Positions 1-14,150 of a DNA stretch of 64,000 bases are shown here, in pieces. The stretch covers positions 28,768,001-28,832,000 of the forward strand of contig OZ024757.1 in assembly GCA_964016885.1 (NCBI GenBank), given 5' to 3'. The position numbers and the translations under genes are program-made. The notes below the pieces were generated by a model. That model worked only from the letters and a program-made list of their open reading frames with translations. It made no database searches and had not been told where the DNA came from. Within the stretch, counting starts at the first letter, position 1, and each line of letters starts with the position of its first letter. Origin of the DNA: Eledone cirrhosa (lineage: Eukaryota).

Positions 1-509
1 CTAGTCTGTCTCCTCATTTTTCTTTTCCTTCTCAATCTTGTTCTTCTACTTGTTCTCTCATCCTTCTTTTCATTCTCTTTCTCTTTTTTTATACAACCTC
101 CACCACCGCCGCCACCACCAATACCACCACCACCACTATCACCACATATACTGCTTCGTTATCATACCTGTTTTTACAGCAGTGATGTTTTTATTATACC
201 TTCACCGGGGAAGAAGAAAGAGAGGAGACAGGGGACGGGGGAATGGTTCCCCCCTCACTTCTTTACTGTCACCCAACATCCACCCAGTACCCCTTCCCAC
301 ATTACCCCCTCCCCTCCGAAATGTCCTTCCACTTCCATCCCATGATGTCGACCTTTCTAATGGAACTGTAATGGTATTTTATAGAAACACACATCATACA
401 TGGCATCCATTTTCTTGTCAGCCTCACAGAACAATCAATCGCTTAATACCAAATTGCATTGCATTATTTTGGTACTGCCGCTGCTCCTGTACATGGATGT
501 AGAGTGTGT

Positions 510-855
510 ATGTATATATACATTTTATGCATATATATATATACATATATATGATAACGGAAAAAAAATTTACACATATATACATAAGTACATATATAAA
601 TATATATGTACTTATGTATGTGTAAACATTTTTTCTGTTATCATATATATGTATATACATATATGTTTATATATATATATATATACATATATGTTTATAT
701 ATATACATATATATATACATATATATTTATATATATACATATATATTTATATATATACATATATATTTATATATATACATATATATTTATATATATACAT
801 ATATATATATATATTTATATATATACATATATATTTATATATATACATATATATT

Positions 856-897
<42 letters not shown>

Positions 898-901
898 TAT
901 T

Positions 902-950
<49 letters not shown>

Positions 951-1430
951 TTATATATATATATATATATACATATATATTTATATATATATATATATAT
1001 ACATATATATTTATATATACATATATATATATATATACATGTATGATTATATATATATATATATATATACATATATATTTATATATATATATATATACAT
1101 ATTTATATATACATATATATATATACATATTTATATATATGTTTATATATATATATATACATATATATATATACATATATATTTATATATATATATATAC
1201 ATATATATACTTATATATTTACATATGCATATATATACATATATATATATACATATATATGCATATATATACATATATATATATGTTTATATATACATAT
1301 ATATTTATATATATATACATAAATATGTATATATATATATACATTCATATATATACATATATGTTTATATATGTATATATGTATATTTGCATATATATAT
1401 ACATATATATATACATATATGTATATATAT
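510..1430. repeat. (TA)n-rich compound microsatellite
   Basis: Near-continuous TA/TATACA/TATTTA units; source of the spurious YI-repeat ORFs. Confidence 0.97.
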
Positions 1431-1556
1431 CATCATCATCATCATTTTACGTCTATCTTCCATGCTAGCATGGGTTTAGATGGGAATTGTCCCATGTGAG
1501 GCAAGATTGGTTGTCTTGCTCGTATAGGACTGTCTATATATATATATATATATATG

Positions 1557-1591
<35 letters not shown>

Positions 1592-1617
1592 ATGTATATA
1601 TATATATATATATATAT

Positions 1618-1880
1618 CATCATCATCGTTTAACGTCCATATTCCACGCTTGCATGGGTTTGGACGGGAGTTTTCCCACTTGAGGCAAGAGTGGTTGTCT
1701 TGCTCGCATAGGACTGTCTGGCGGGTTTTCTACGGCTGGATGCCCTTCCTAACACCAACCACATTTACAGTGTGGAACTGGGAGGTTTTTAGCGTGTTAC
1801 CTACACGGCCACATTACAGCGTGGGCTGTGTGTTTTTTGTCGTGACACCTACACAACCTCATTTGTTTCGAGCTGGATGC
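1618..1880 (-). mobile_element. SINE 3' portion with RTE-like tail and (ATG)n end
   Basis: Reverse strand carries the gtgttaggaagggcatccagccgtagaa module and a ...ccatgcaagcgtggaatatggacgttaaacgatgatg tail; related pieces at 1431-1533, 28957-29106, 38708-38965, 47782-47950 and 57060-57229. Confidence 0.8.
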
Positions 1881-1997
1881 TGTGGTACCAACATAACTTT
1901 ACATTGAAAGGGGTGGTGTGGATGGGGTGGGGGGTAGTGGGACGGGGGTGTATTTTGTTAGAGGTGCCTACTGACTGTAGTAGGTTTCACTTTGTAC

Positions 1998-2324
1998 TTA
2001 GGTAAGGCGGGTCTTCTCTATTACTGTGTAGCGCCAAAGATCTCGGTCCAGTGACATTGTCTTGGAGAGGTGGAAGTGTGTGAGGTCGGAATTTATCAAG
2101 TCGTCCCAGGTTTTTCTGGGTCTGCCTAGTCCGTGGCTACCATCTATTTTTATTGCCCTGCACTTTTTTATACAGCTGTCGTCTTTCATGCACATCACGT
2201 GACCATACCAACGTAGTCTTCTCTCGAGTAAACAACATCTGATCCCTCTTATTTCTAATTTTTCCCTTAGTTCGTTTATGCTTTGCCGTTCACGTATATT
2301 ACTATTACACATCCAGCGGATCAT
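1998..2324 (-). mobile_element. RTE-clade LINE C-terminal fragment
   Basis: Translation [10 protein letters not shown]...GRPRKTW..DRDLWR, homologous to the end of ORF 57555-58880. Confidence 0.9.
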
Positions 2325-2438
2325 ATATATGGATGTATATATATATATATATATATGGATGTATTACATACATACATATGCAGAAATATATTGTTTTAAA
2401 TATGTATGTATGTGTGTGTATAGTGTGTATATATATAT

Positions 2439-2491
<53 letters not shown>

Positions 2492-2518
2492 CACACTATA
2501 CACACACATACATACATA

Positions 2519-2549
<31 letters not shown>

Positions 2550-3230
2550 GTGTGTGTGTGTGTTGTTAAACTGATGAAGTACAACTGTTGCAGTCAATGC
2601 TGTTGCTGATAATGGCGCTGAAGAGGATGATGATGGTAATGATGATGATGATGATAATATTGACAATGACGATGATAAGGATGATGGTGATGATGGTGAT
2701 GATGATGCCCAGTTAAAAGCTGTGTGTCTACATCAGGTCCAATATTCTGTCAGCTGCTAAAACGTTTGTTGAAATATTTTCGCTAAGGATTTGTTTGCTT
2801 CTCCATACATGTATGTGAGGAGGTGGGGTGAGGAGGAGATTGATGGAAAGAAGAGGAGATAAGAGTGCGTGTGGAGGGGCAGGCTATGTTTAAAAGTGTT
2901 GTTCGAGGAAGATTTTGTCATCAGGAGAAAATCTCAACGTCTTTCAACTAAAATACTTTTCCGGTTCCAGACCTTTAGAAAATTATGGCCGGTTATTGTC
3001 CTTTCCTCTTAGAAATAAACATTTACCTAGCCTCTCCCCCACACACTGCTTCCTTCCCTGCCACCTCATCTCACCTCTGCTATCTTTTTGATGAGAAAAG
3101 GGTTTGATCCATGTCAGATAAAGTTCAATCCTTAAAATTTCCATTTGCCATTTTCTTCCTAATTGCTATTATTATTATTATTATTATTTGGAGGGGGTTC
3201 TTTTTCATTTCTTTACTGAATTGCCTGTGA

Positions 3231-3384
3231 AGTTGTATGGCTAAGTGGTTAAGCTGTTCAGCTAACAATCCTAACATCACGAGTTCAATTTCAGGCAGCA
3301 GGTTTGTTGTGTTCTTGAGCAAGCAACTTTATTTCATGCTACTCCAGCCCACTTAGCTCTCAAAACTGAGTTGTACCTGTAATT
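3231..3384 (+). mobile_element. Degenerate tRNA-derived CORE-like SINE 5' part
   Basis: A box tggctaagtgg, B box gagttcaattt, followed by cttgagcaagcaactttatttc. Confidence 0.7.
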
Positions 3385-3444
3385 TAAGTATTGAGTACTC
3401 TGGTGCGTTATGGTCCATCTGGTTCCTTACCACATTTCCTTTGT

Positions 3445-3478
<34 letters not shown>

Positions 3479-5049
3479 CATACACATAATCATCATCATC
3501 GATTAACATCTATCTTCCATGCTAGCATGGGTTAGACAGGTTTGTCCCATGTAGAGGCAAGTTGGGTCGGCTGACCGTGTCTCACTCATATATATAAATA
3601 TACATATATACATATATAGATATACATATATAAATATACACACATATATATATACACACACCTTTGTAAAATTATGCTCCAAACAGCAACTTAATCACGA
3701 GAAACTTAGTTATATTACTAAATCCTTCCAAAATCTTCATTATTTTAAAAATTATTTGAAAATCATACGCAGTGTCTTTTATTGGAAATCTGCTGATGAA
3801 AGAGTTAATGTTGAAAAAACAACACAAAATAGATTTATTGGTTATCTCATCACTACAAAGAATGACACACCCAAAATATTAAATGTAAATGTCCAAAGTA
3901 ACCCCCACTATCTCACCCACAAAATACCTCACAAAACAACAAAAACAACAACCATTAAATATCTCACCACCCTCTCTGACATTGTAAAAAAACTGATAGA
4001 TGTTAACAACAACAGTAACAATTACTTCTACCTTAATATCTCACCACCCATGATGGCATGTAAAAAAATAGTTTACAACAACACAAACAAATAAGCACAG
4101 ATATAAAAATTAGAAAAAAAATAATGAAAAAAAAAATTGGAAAAAATATATATATTCAATATATATATTTTTTGTTCTTGCTGCACAGCATTGTATTAAG
4201 TTTCACTAAATGTTTTGACAATTTCTTGGCTTACTTAAAAAAACACAAAAGTTTCAGATTTCAAGGGTCAGGACCCCTTAAAAAAAAAAAAATTTCCCCA
4301 AAATACCTCCAGCACCATCCCCAGAAAACAAATGGAAAAAAAACCTGACAAAAAGCACTCATAAAAACAACAACAACAACTACTACTACTACTACTATTA
4401 CTACTACTGATAATAATATTAATAATAATACCAATGACAATTTACTTCATTAGCCACAAGGGTGAGAAATGTGGGGTACAATACAAGGACGGAAAACAAC
4501 AAAAAGTAGGGGTTTATATTGAGTGAAAGGAAGGGGGAATTCAATAAAAAAAAAATAGTATATAACAACAATAGTAACTAATGAAAAAAATGGGATCAAA
4601 TTCTTCTTAGATGTTAGAGGGTCAGTTTCGAGTTGGGTTCTGTAACCGAGCCTTGGTGACATGACACCCACCAACACATCACCTTACCCAACACGACACC
4701 CTAACCATGGCGCACCCATGTCCCCTGTGTTATTCTGTCGTTTCGGTGCTAAATTGGAAATTTAAGTAAACTGGGAGTGGGGTGCAAGGGGGGGTATAAC
4801 TTGGAGGAGGAGGAGAGTGTAGATGGGGTGGGGAACAGGGAAATGTAGTTCATATATTGGGAGCAGTGAAGGTACTGATGGCATTGTTGTTGTTGTTCTT
4901 TAGCTTCAGGCCAACCATGATCAAGCAAATCTATGATCAAAAGCATTCCAGCCATGACTATCCAGTCTTTTCAAAAGGAAATTGGGGGTGGGTTAAACAG
5001 TGCAACACATGACTACATTACCAAATGTATCTTTATTTTTATAATTTGG

Positions 5050-5246
5050 TAGGGTACCAACAGGTAGGAGACCCAGAGCCAGATGGTTGGATAACATCCA
5101 TGAGCTTGGTTGGTCACGCTTGGGAATCCAATCGGATCAGTTGGAGATGGTTGCTTCTCAGAGGACCTGCTGGAAGGAATGTTTCAGGACTCTGCCTCTA
5201 CGACCCTCCCAGGAATAAGTGGATGAAGAAGAAGAAGAAGAAGAAG
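5050..5246 (+). mobile_element. 3' end of a second RTE family (Expander/Rex3-like) with (GAA)n tail
   Basis: Matches 31567-31823 and the reverse of 18895-19135; ends ...gaccctcccaggaataagtggatgaagaagaag. Confidence 0.7.
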
Positions 5247-5731
5247 GTGCAGTTTGAGAAAGATTTGGCTGTTCTTTTTAACTAGTCAATTGATCATGTA
5301 GAAGTTCTCTGATGGGTTCCTATTTAGTTTAGTCCACTTCAGTAATAGGTTAATGGGTTCAAATCCAAATGGGAGTCAGTGTAGAGGTCGATGGCACTGA
5401 TCCCAAAATGTTTTAGACCATCAACTCCTTCATGGAATCACTGATTCCCCACATCAACCTCCGGGCATATACAAAAGTATACCAAAGTTACCAGCCATGT
5501 ACCTATATCAGAAACAATTACTTTAAGTATGTCAATTTCTGATACAAAAGTCAAATTTTGGCTACAAAAGTTCAATCAACCAATTGAATGGTCCCCAAAA
5601 TCCCTAAGAGTTGATATCAACAACTTTGGAGTCCCCTGAGCTATAGTAATGATCATATATAAATACCTGGACCAAAATAGGAAAAAAAAAACCAACTATA
5701 TACTATATACATATTTATATATATATATATA

Positions 5732-7017
5732 CAGGGTGCAGACGATATTTGTTCGCAAGATTACTCTCTAAGAAAAAATAACACAGTAGTTTTATTTTTT
5801 AAGATATATTTATCCAACTTGGGTCAGTTTGTCTTTGTTCTTTCGATCTCACTTGATAAACTCGCCATTGGCTTTGATAGCGGCCTCAAGGCGGCCTCGG
5901 AACCAGCTACAGGCCTTCGTCACTGTCCCCCGACTTAGACCCCTAAAGGCACTTGTGATCCTGGCCTTCAGATCGTCTTTGGTATTGCAGCTAGATCTGT
6001 TGGTGTCTCGTTCCACTGCGCCCAACACAAAGAAGTCAAGGGGGTTGCAGTCAGGCGGGCTGGGAGGCCAGATGTCAGGTGAAGTGTGGTCGACGAAGTT
6101 TTCTGACAGCCAGGCTTGGGTCTATCGGCTGGTATGGCAGGGCGCTGAGTCTTGCTTCCACATGTATGGCCTACCTGCAGCTACCTGGTCGACCCAGGGC
6201 TTTACTACCTCGCTCAGAACGTGGATGTAGCCATCGGTGTTCAGCTTGAGGCCCCAGGGAAGAAGTGAAGTGGCAAGACATCACCTTGACTGCTGACGAC
6301 ACCTAAGACCAATGTTGTCGCTGGAAACTTTGTCTGCATGACTCTGGGCACGTCTTTGGATGAGACAGCGAGCCACCTGTTGTTCTGGGAGTTGATCTTA
6401 TGGTCTTGGCAGAAGTTTTTCTCGTCGGAGAAAAACCACAGCATGTCTGGCTCCAGTGGGTGTTTCAACTTGTTGATCAGCTTCTTTGCGTGCTTCGGTC
6501 GCTTTTCTTGCATCGCCTTTGACAGAAATTGTTCTTTCCTCATATTGTATGAACCGTAGCAAATGTCTTCATGTACCACCAGCCTAATGAGCTTTTCATC
6601 CACGCCTTTCTCCCTTGCAATGGCATGCATCGACTTGCTAGGTTCATTGTTGATGATATCCTGAACTTCAGCGACGAACTCGGGGGTTCTGAAGGCGTCA
6701 AATCGTCGATCATGTGTTTTCCTCTCTGATGTTGCTTCATAGTCAAATCCTGAATCTTCCAATTCCTTTCCACCATTCTCCTACTGACGCTGAGAAAGTC
6801 TGAAATTTCCTTATTTGTCCTCCCGGCGCGGATTCCAAGAACTCTATGTCTCTTCCACAAATTTGGAGGTTCAAAATTATTCATAATCAATTATTCTGAA
6901 AATAAATAATGGAAATATAGTCACTGTTTTTATGAAGACAAGAGTGACAACGGAAGTAAAAAAAATTGGCATAAAATTAGCAGTTGAAAATTGCGAACAA
7001 ATATCGTCCACACCCTG
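5732..7017 (-). mobile_element. Tc1/mariner DD37D (maT-type) transposon with frameshifted transposase
   Basis: TIRs cagggtgcagacgatatttgttcgcaa / ttgcgaacaaatatcgtccacaccctg, TA on the left; minus-strand motifs FSDEK, QDSAPCH and WPPSPPDCNPLDF with 37 residues between the 2nd and 3rd D; frameshifts and one internal stop. Confidence 0.92.
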
Positions 7018-7043
7018 CGTGTATATATATATATAGTAATAAT

Positions 7044-7218
7044 AATTGTTTCTACTTTTAGCACAAGGCCAGCTATTAACCAGTGCATTACTGGTACTTT
7101 ATTTTATCGATCCCGTAAGGATGAAAGGCAAAGTTAACCTCGGCGGGATTTGAACTCAGATCGTAGAGGGACGTAACTATGCTGGAAAGCATGTCCGATC
7201 CTCTACCGATACTGCCAA
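7044..7218 (-). mobile_element. tRNA-derived SINE family M (central ttaactttgcctttcatcc...gataaaataaagtaccag domain)
   Basis: Multi-copy in this window; B box gagttcaaatcc on the element strand; tail ...aaaagtagaaacaatt. Confidence 0.85.
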
Positions 7219-7664
7219 AATGAGTTTCAGAAGATCCCGTTAAGGGTGAAAGCAGTGATTCTTTGCTTAAACTTTAATCTGCTATTTTAATAATAATAAT
7301 AATAAATATTTGTGTGTGTATTTTATATATGTATATATATATACACACATACACACAAGTGATATGCACTAACAGTAAAATTAATGATGTTATTATACAC
7401 ACACACACACACACATATATATATAATATACACATACATATATATATAATGTTAAACAGATAGATAGAAACACACATGAAATCATAGATACTGGCTGTCA
7501 GATCAATGGTGATATTTGAATTTTTCTCTCAGATCTGAGTGAACTGAAGAAGCATGTGAAATATAGTTGAAATGTTGACCAACATAGACTAGCATTCATG
7601 TCAGTAGTGACATCCAGATGACCAGACATTAAAGTGATCACTGGACATGGACAGTATCATTGCA

Positions 7665-8385
7665 TGGGTGTCTGTGTATGCAGGTGTAATGTCAGTATAT
7701 CTCTGTGTGTGTATATCTGTATATGTGTGTATATCTGTATATGTGTGTGCTTGTGTGTATGTCTGTATATGTGTGTGTTTGTGTGTATGTCTGTATATGT
7801 GTGTATCTGTATGTAATGTTTGTGTGTTTATTTGTGTGTGTGTGTTGGTGTGTAAAGTATGTGTATCTGTGTATGCTTGTGTGTTATTTCTGTGTATTTG
7901 TGCGTGTCGGCGTATATGTTTGTGTGTGTGTCTATATGCGTGCGTGTGTTTATATTTGTGTCTGAGTGTGTATGTATGTGTGTGTGTATCTGTGCATGTT
8001 GGTGTATATATATATATGTCTGTGCTGTGTACCTATGCGTGTCTGTATGTATATCAGTATGTGTGTGTGTTTATATCAGTGACTGCATGTGTGTATGACT
8101 GTGTATTTGTGTGTTTCTGTGCATGTTGGTGTATATGTCTGTGTATCTATGCGTGTCTGTGTGTAAATCAGTATGTGTGTGTTTATATCAGTGTCTGTAT
8201 GTGAGTGTATCTGTGTATATATGTATGCCTGTGTGTATGTATGTGTATTTGTGTGTGCGTGTTTGAGCATGTTGGTGTATATGTCTGTGTACTTGTGTGT
8301 GTCTCTGTGTATATCAGTATGCGTGTGGTTATATGTCTGTATGACTGTGTATTTGTGTGTATGCATGTATGTATGCATGTGTATT
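7665..8385. repeat. Degenerate (TG)n-rich low-complexity tract
   Basis: TG/TGTA/TCTG units throughout. Confidence 0.9.
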
Positions 8386-8937
8386 GTGACACACTTCAGA
8401 GGTGACCAAGCATCCAAGAATTTTGTTGTGACAATAAGTAAAACGAAACGGAGATGTCCTGTGATGGACATACAGTAGGTTTGACAAGTAGATGTACCAT
8501 ATAATTCTACCCTGACATCTAGGCCATACTCACACTCTTCCTCACACCCACCTCTCTCTCTCTCAAACGTCTCTTTATTTCACTCCTTCTCCTCCGCCTC
8601 TTCTCACGTCCCTTCCTACCACCCTACCTTACTTCCTTTACCATTTCTGTTCCGCTGTCATTCACTGGCACTTGCCAGGGTGAACTGGTGACAGAGAAGG
8701 TGGTGGTGGTGGTGAAGGTGGTGATGGTGGTGGTGATGGTGGTGGTGGCGAAGGTGGTGGTGACAGAGAAGGTGGTGGTGGTGGTGGTGGTGGTGATGGT
8801 GGTGGTGGTGACAGAGAAGGTGGTGGGTCTGATGCATTAATGAATAAATGTATGTGACTGTAAATATTATTTATATATGTATGTATGGCATATAGCACAT
8901 ACATATTCATATACACAAAAATTCATATACATTACAC

Positions 8938-8965
<28 letters not shown>

Positions 8966-8973
<8 letters not shown>

Positions 8974-9150
8974 AGATCAAAAGATGGTTAAAGGAGTTCC
9001 ATACATGGAAAGGAGTGCCATACATGGAACTCCTTTAACCATCTTTTGATCTTATATTATGTATACTCCAGTCCTACAAACTGTAGAGTGCTTCTTATCC
9101 GATATCTGCATTGCTTTATTGTACTACAATAAAACTCACCTCCTACATTA
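8966..9150 (+). mobile_element. Fold-back copy of a hammerhead-associated pLTR-like module
   Basis: 37-bp perfect inverted repeat 8966-9002/9024-9060; body 9024-9150 near-identical to the reverse of 29671-29798. Confidence 0.7.
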
Positions 9151-9195
9151 TATATATATATATGTACATATATACATTATATATATACACACATT

Positions 9196-9226
<31 letters not shown>

Positions 9227-9345
9227 GAGAGAGAGAGAAAGAGAGAGAGGTAGAACACTGGAAGGTAATATCCGTAGTGGTAGAGCACACTCAGTCCATG
9301 GGACGAGTTAGGTAGAAGTGGTAACACAACAGTTAGTTCACCATA

Positions 9346-9385
9346 CCGAGAACAATTGTTTCACCTTAGCAGATTGTCAGCTCGG
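9346..9385 (-). ncRNA. Minimal type I hammerhead ribozyme motif (decayed core)
   Basis: ccgag CTGACAA tctgctaaggt GAAA caatt GTT ctcgg; perfect 5-bp stem I, palindromic stem III; CTGACAA consistent with CpG decay of CTGACGA. Confidence 0.7.
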
Positions 9386-9482
9386 ACTAACTATTTCTGG
9401 ACTATTTAGTCCAGAAATAGCTGTCGAAACAGCTTGAGGTCTGCCGTCGGGGTGTTGAACATTTTCCTATATATATATATAT

Positions 9483-9656
9483 AATTGTTTCTACTTTTGG
9501 CACAAGGCCAGCAAATACCCAGTATATTACTGGTACTTTATTTTATCGACCCCATAAGGATGAAAGGCAAAGTTAACCTCGACGGGATTTGAACTCAAAC
9601 CGTAAAGGGACGTAACTATGCTAGAAAGCATGGCGTCCAACCCTCTACCGATACTG
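9483..9656 (-). mobile_element. SINE family M copy
   Basis: Near-identical to 7044-7218 and 28709-28897. Confidence 0.85.
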
Positions 9657-10146
9657 ATAATGGGGATTTAATTGAGTTTGTATGTTTTTATGTATATAAA
9701 TGAAGAGACCAAATTTTTTAGTACATGTGAACTTGGAATTATCAAAATACTTTTGGTATATACCAAGTAGGGCTATAAATTTACATAGTATTATCACTGA
9801 ACTTCACTCTTTATTAGTATATGTCTACAAAACAAACACTCATTTCAAGCAAATATCTTTAACGTTTTTCTGTAATTTAATTTCCTTTTTGCATTTCATT
9901 TGCAAGCCTGGCTGTATTATTTACAGCTTAGCAGGAACAGCAAAGACTAACTTGTGTTCTACAAATACATATTGGCCATATATAGATAATTATAGATAGA
10001 AATATTTAGCAAAGTCTAATGATTCTGCATTCTTACCATTATTTCTATCCATTAAATATTTCCCCAGAACCAACCAAAAATTAGAAGCCACTGCGTCATT
10101 AGTTCATGAGTGTTTTCTACAGTACCATTGGCTTCTTTATTATTAA

Positions 10147-10363
10147 CCCTTTAGTTTTTACATTACTCCTAATATACTATTGTATTTACTATTATATTTT
10201 CACAGTATAGGCTTTATCTCACATAATATCGAATCTATGAGATTTTGATATCTATTTTGAGAACAATACCTTAATGTCAATATGAGTGGCTGGTTACAGC
10301 TGGTTTGAACAGAACGAGATGAGAGGATTCTGTCCGAATATGGGCGGTTTAAATGCTAAAGGG
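10147..10363. mobile_element. piggyBac-type MITE family A
   Basis: TTAA-ccctttag...aaatgctaaaggg-TTAA; an inverted partial copy follows at 10368-10564. Confidence 0.85.
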
Positions 10364-11470
10364 TTAAAACTGGCTGTATCTGGCCAGAATTCTTTCACCT
10401 CTTTCTATTCAAACCAGCCATAACTGGATGCTCATGTTGATGTTAAGGTATTGTTCTCAAAATAAATAATATCAAAATCTCATAAATTTGATATAATGTG
10501 AGATAAAGGCTTTACCGTGAAAATACAATAGTAAATATAGAGTAATGTAAATGCAAAGAGCTAAACAACAACAACAGCAGGAACAAGGAAGGAGACATTT
10601 GATAATGTAGTCCTAGATATACTTATATCTGAATATAAAAGATGGGAGGCTTTTAAATAAGGGAAGAAAGCATTGGATTAAGATGATGCTAGATGCATTG
10701 TGTTTGTGTGTGTGTATAAATGTATGAATTCTTGTATAAATGAGTATGTGTGCGTGAGTGTTTGCATAAAGGTGTGTGTGAGTGAGTGCTTGTATAAATG
10801 TGTGAGTGCTTGTGTAAATGTGTGAGTACTTGTGTAAATGTGTGAGTGTTTGTGTAAATGTAAGTTTGAGTTCTTGTATAGATGTTTGTGTGCTTATATA
10901 AATGTGTGACTGTGTGTGTTTGTATGGATGTGTGTGTATATTTGTATAGATGTGTGGGGATGGGTTGGAGGGCAATAAATGATGGACATGAACAAAATAA
11001 AACAAAAATAGGGTAAAAAAAGGGGTAGAAAAAGTAGGAAATTGCAGAGTGGCCAGGTAAGGAAAAGGCAAGGCCATAAATATGGAGAGGCTAAGATAAT
11101 TTGGTGGATTATGGAAGGAGATATATATGGAATGAATAATTCATTGCTAGATAATATATACTGATAGACAATGTATATGAATGCATGTGTGTTTATATAT
11201 ATATATACACATACATACATACAAATATATATATACACATACATACAAATATATATATATATACACATAATACAAATATATATATATATACACACACACA
11301 TACATACAAATATATATATATATACACAAAAATACAAATATATATATATATACACATACATTAACATCAATTAAGGTCTATCTTCCATGTTAGCATGGGT
11401 TAGACGGGTTTGTCCCATTTAGAGGCAAGTTAGGTCTATATATACATACATACACACACCCAATATATAT

Positions 11471-11501
<31 letters not shown>

Positions 11502-12046
11502 CACACACATCTCTCTATATATATATATAAAAACATATATATATACACATACATATATATACTATATACATACACATACATATATACACACTTACACATA
11601 CATATATATATACACATATGTATAGTGGTTGGAGATAGGAAGGGCAACTACCCATAGAAATCATAGCAAAAAGGGCTGAGTGTGAAAAGCAGATGTACAA
11701 TAAGGTAAATGGATCTTCCATCAATTTAATTGATGTGCATTCCAGTTGTTTCTGATCAACACAACTACATACTCATTGATTCAGCATTTGAGTGACACAG
11801 ACACGTGTACTCTTAGAGTAATGTTCACCCAGAATCAGCCTGATTGAGTCTGTGATAAGGCTGGTGCTTTTGAATTACAAGTATAATCTTCCCAATGAGC
11901 TTCTATACAAGTTCTATTTAACCAATTTCACTCACAAGGCTTCAATCAAACTAAGGTTACATTTTAACACTTTTGATACCAACATAGCTAAAAATGACTC
12001 TGGTTCTATGAAAAAAAAGCCCTCGTTTTAAAGAGTACTTATCTAA

Positions 12047-12259
12047 CCCTTTAGCATTTACATTACTCTATATCTACTATTATATTTTCACTGTAAAGGC
12101 TTTACCTCACATAATATCGAATGTATGAGATTTTGATATTATGAGATATATTTTGAGAACAATGCCATAACATCAGTATGAGCAGCTGGTCAGAGCCATT
12201 TTGAACAGAAAGACATGAGAGAATTCTGGCCAGATATGGCCAGTTTAAATGCTAAAGGG
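12047..12259. mobile_element. piggyBac-type MITE family A
   Basis: ccctttagcatttaca...tttaaatgctaaaggg with degenerate TTAA flanks (ctaa/tcaa). Confidence 0.8.
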
Positions 12260-13422
12260 TCAAATTAAAAAATTCTAGCATAAATTCAAATGAGAACCAT
12301 ATGTTAAATTACTATCTTAGTAATGAAATCATCATCATCATTGTTTAATGGCCGTCTCCCATACTAGCAAGGGTTGAACGGTTCTGCACAGGGGGTTTGC
12401 ATCTCGTTTACATATAATCCCGCATTCTACCAAGTGCATTTTATTATAGCACCAGCCCTAGGGAGGTTTTCATGTCTGACAACTGAAGAGTCTTTCTGAT
12501 CCTTTAATTGGCAAGCTCTATGGCTGTATGCCCTTCCTACCACCAACCATTTTATAGAGTAAATCCCTTAAAATGCTACATAAAATCAACTGAAACGGAG
12601 GGTATTTCATTAGCAATACAATCACAAAATGGGTAAGACATTTAAGATGCCCCACTGTGGGATCAGACATGGGACTTCATGATTCCGACATGAAATCTCA
12701 AAGCCATGGCAACACATTTATATATATATATATATATATATATGCATGTATCTATATATAAATAAATAAATATGTAATGAATAAATGAATATATGTTTTA
12801 TGTGTGTATGTGTGTGTGTGTGTATATATATATATATTAATAATAAAAAGGATAATTTGTTAGGTCTTCATTACATTTACATAAATATATATATATACAT
12901 ACACAAACACACATACATGTGTGTCTGTATTTATATTTTTGTATGCACATATTTCCACACTTTGTGTGTATATGTTTGGGTATATATCTATGCATGTACA
13001 TATTTCTATGCGTGCATATATGTGTGTGTGTGAATATTTCTACCCATTTTTAGCCAGCATTCAATTAATTTTTCTGCATCAACACCACCATTACCAAGAT
13101 CATTGTTTTGATACTACCACCAACAAAACCCACCAACACTACCACCCATACTACCAATATTAGATTGAACGTTTTCTGCAGTTTTTCTCATGAATTAAGC
13201 ACATGGCTGTCTACTTATACACATACAGGTGTGTATATATATATATATATATATGATGATAATGATGATTCACATGTAGAAATCTTTACAAGCCATTATA
13301 CATACATGAACATTATTACTATACATTCATTTCACAAATCTATTTCACGAAGGTGATCTTTCACGTGAAGCACAGTTACATTAACTACAAGATCGAGAAG
13401 ACCAACACCAACAACAACCACC

Positions 13423-13462
<40 letters not shown>

Positions 13463-14150
13463 TAATGATAATAGTGATTTCTTATCTTCTCCTTTGCAAT
13501 TATCACAGATGTAGTTGATAGTGGTGATGGTGGTTGTGTTGGTGATGATGACATTGGTGGTGGTGGTGGTAGTCATGAGGGTGGGTAACGTCAGAGAGGG
13601 GAGCGGGGGGGGTAATGGTCAATTGTGTTAGCATAGTAATATAACTGTGGTGGTGTTTCCGTGTCTGTTTCCCCACCCCCATGTTCCCCACCCCCTCTGT
13701 TCTCCTTTCATTCATATTGCTTGTCTGCCTATCACTCTATCTCTACTGCTACCCCACTCTCTATCGGTCCTATATGATGCGGAGGGAGGGGGGGGGGGGG
13801 AGTAGATGTGACTTCCCTTACCCATGCCACACGCCACCATCACTATCAGCATCATCATCATGGTCACCACAACCACCAACACCAAAACTACCAGCACCAT
13901 CATCATCATCATCATCAGGATCACCACCGTAGCTACCAACACCATCACCACCACCAATACTATAACTACCAGAACCATCATCACAAGTACCACCACCAGA
14001 ATTACGATCATAAGCCCCAACACCACCACCAAAACTACCAGCACCACCACCACCATAACTACTAGCACTATCATCGTCATGATCACCACCAACTACACTA
14101 CTACTTACTACACTACTACTTGCACCTCTACCAGAATTACCATCATAAGC

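Noticed and set aside
400-1479. Long YI/CV/HT-repeat ORFs here and at about 20, 35-37 and 54 kb
   Set aside because: Translations of TA/CA microsatellites, which lack stop codons
2571-2600. CTGATGA hammerhead core (also 2918 minus, 3793, 63317)
   Set aside because: No appropriately placed stem II/GAAA/NUH/stem I
5396-5638. Possible old hAT MITE
   Set aside because: Terminal repeats too degenerate and no clear TSD
5829-6230. 133-aa plus-strand ORF
   Set aside because: Antisense shadow of the minus-strand transposase
7544-7570. CTGAAGA...GAAA
   Set aside because: Better explained as a degenerate SINE core; no stems
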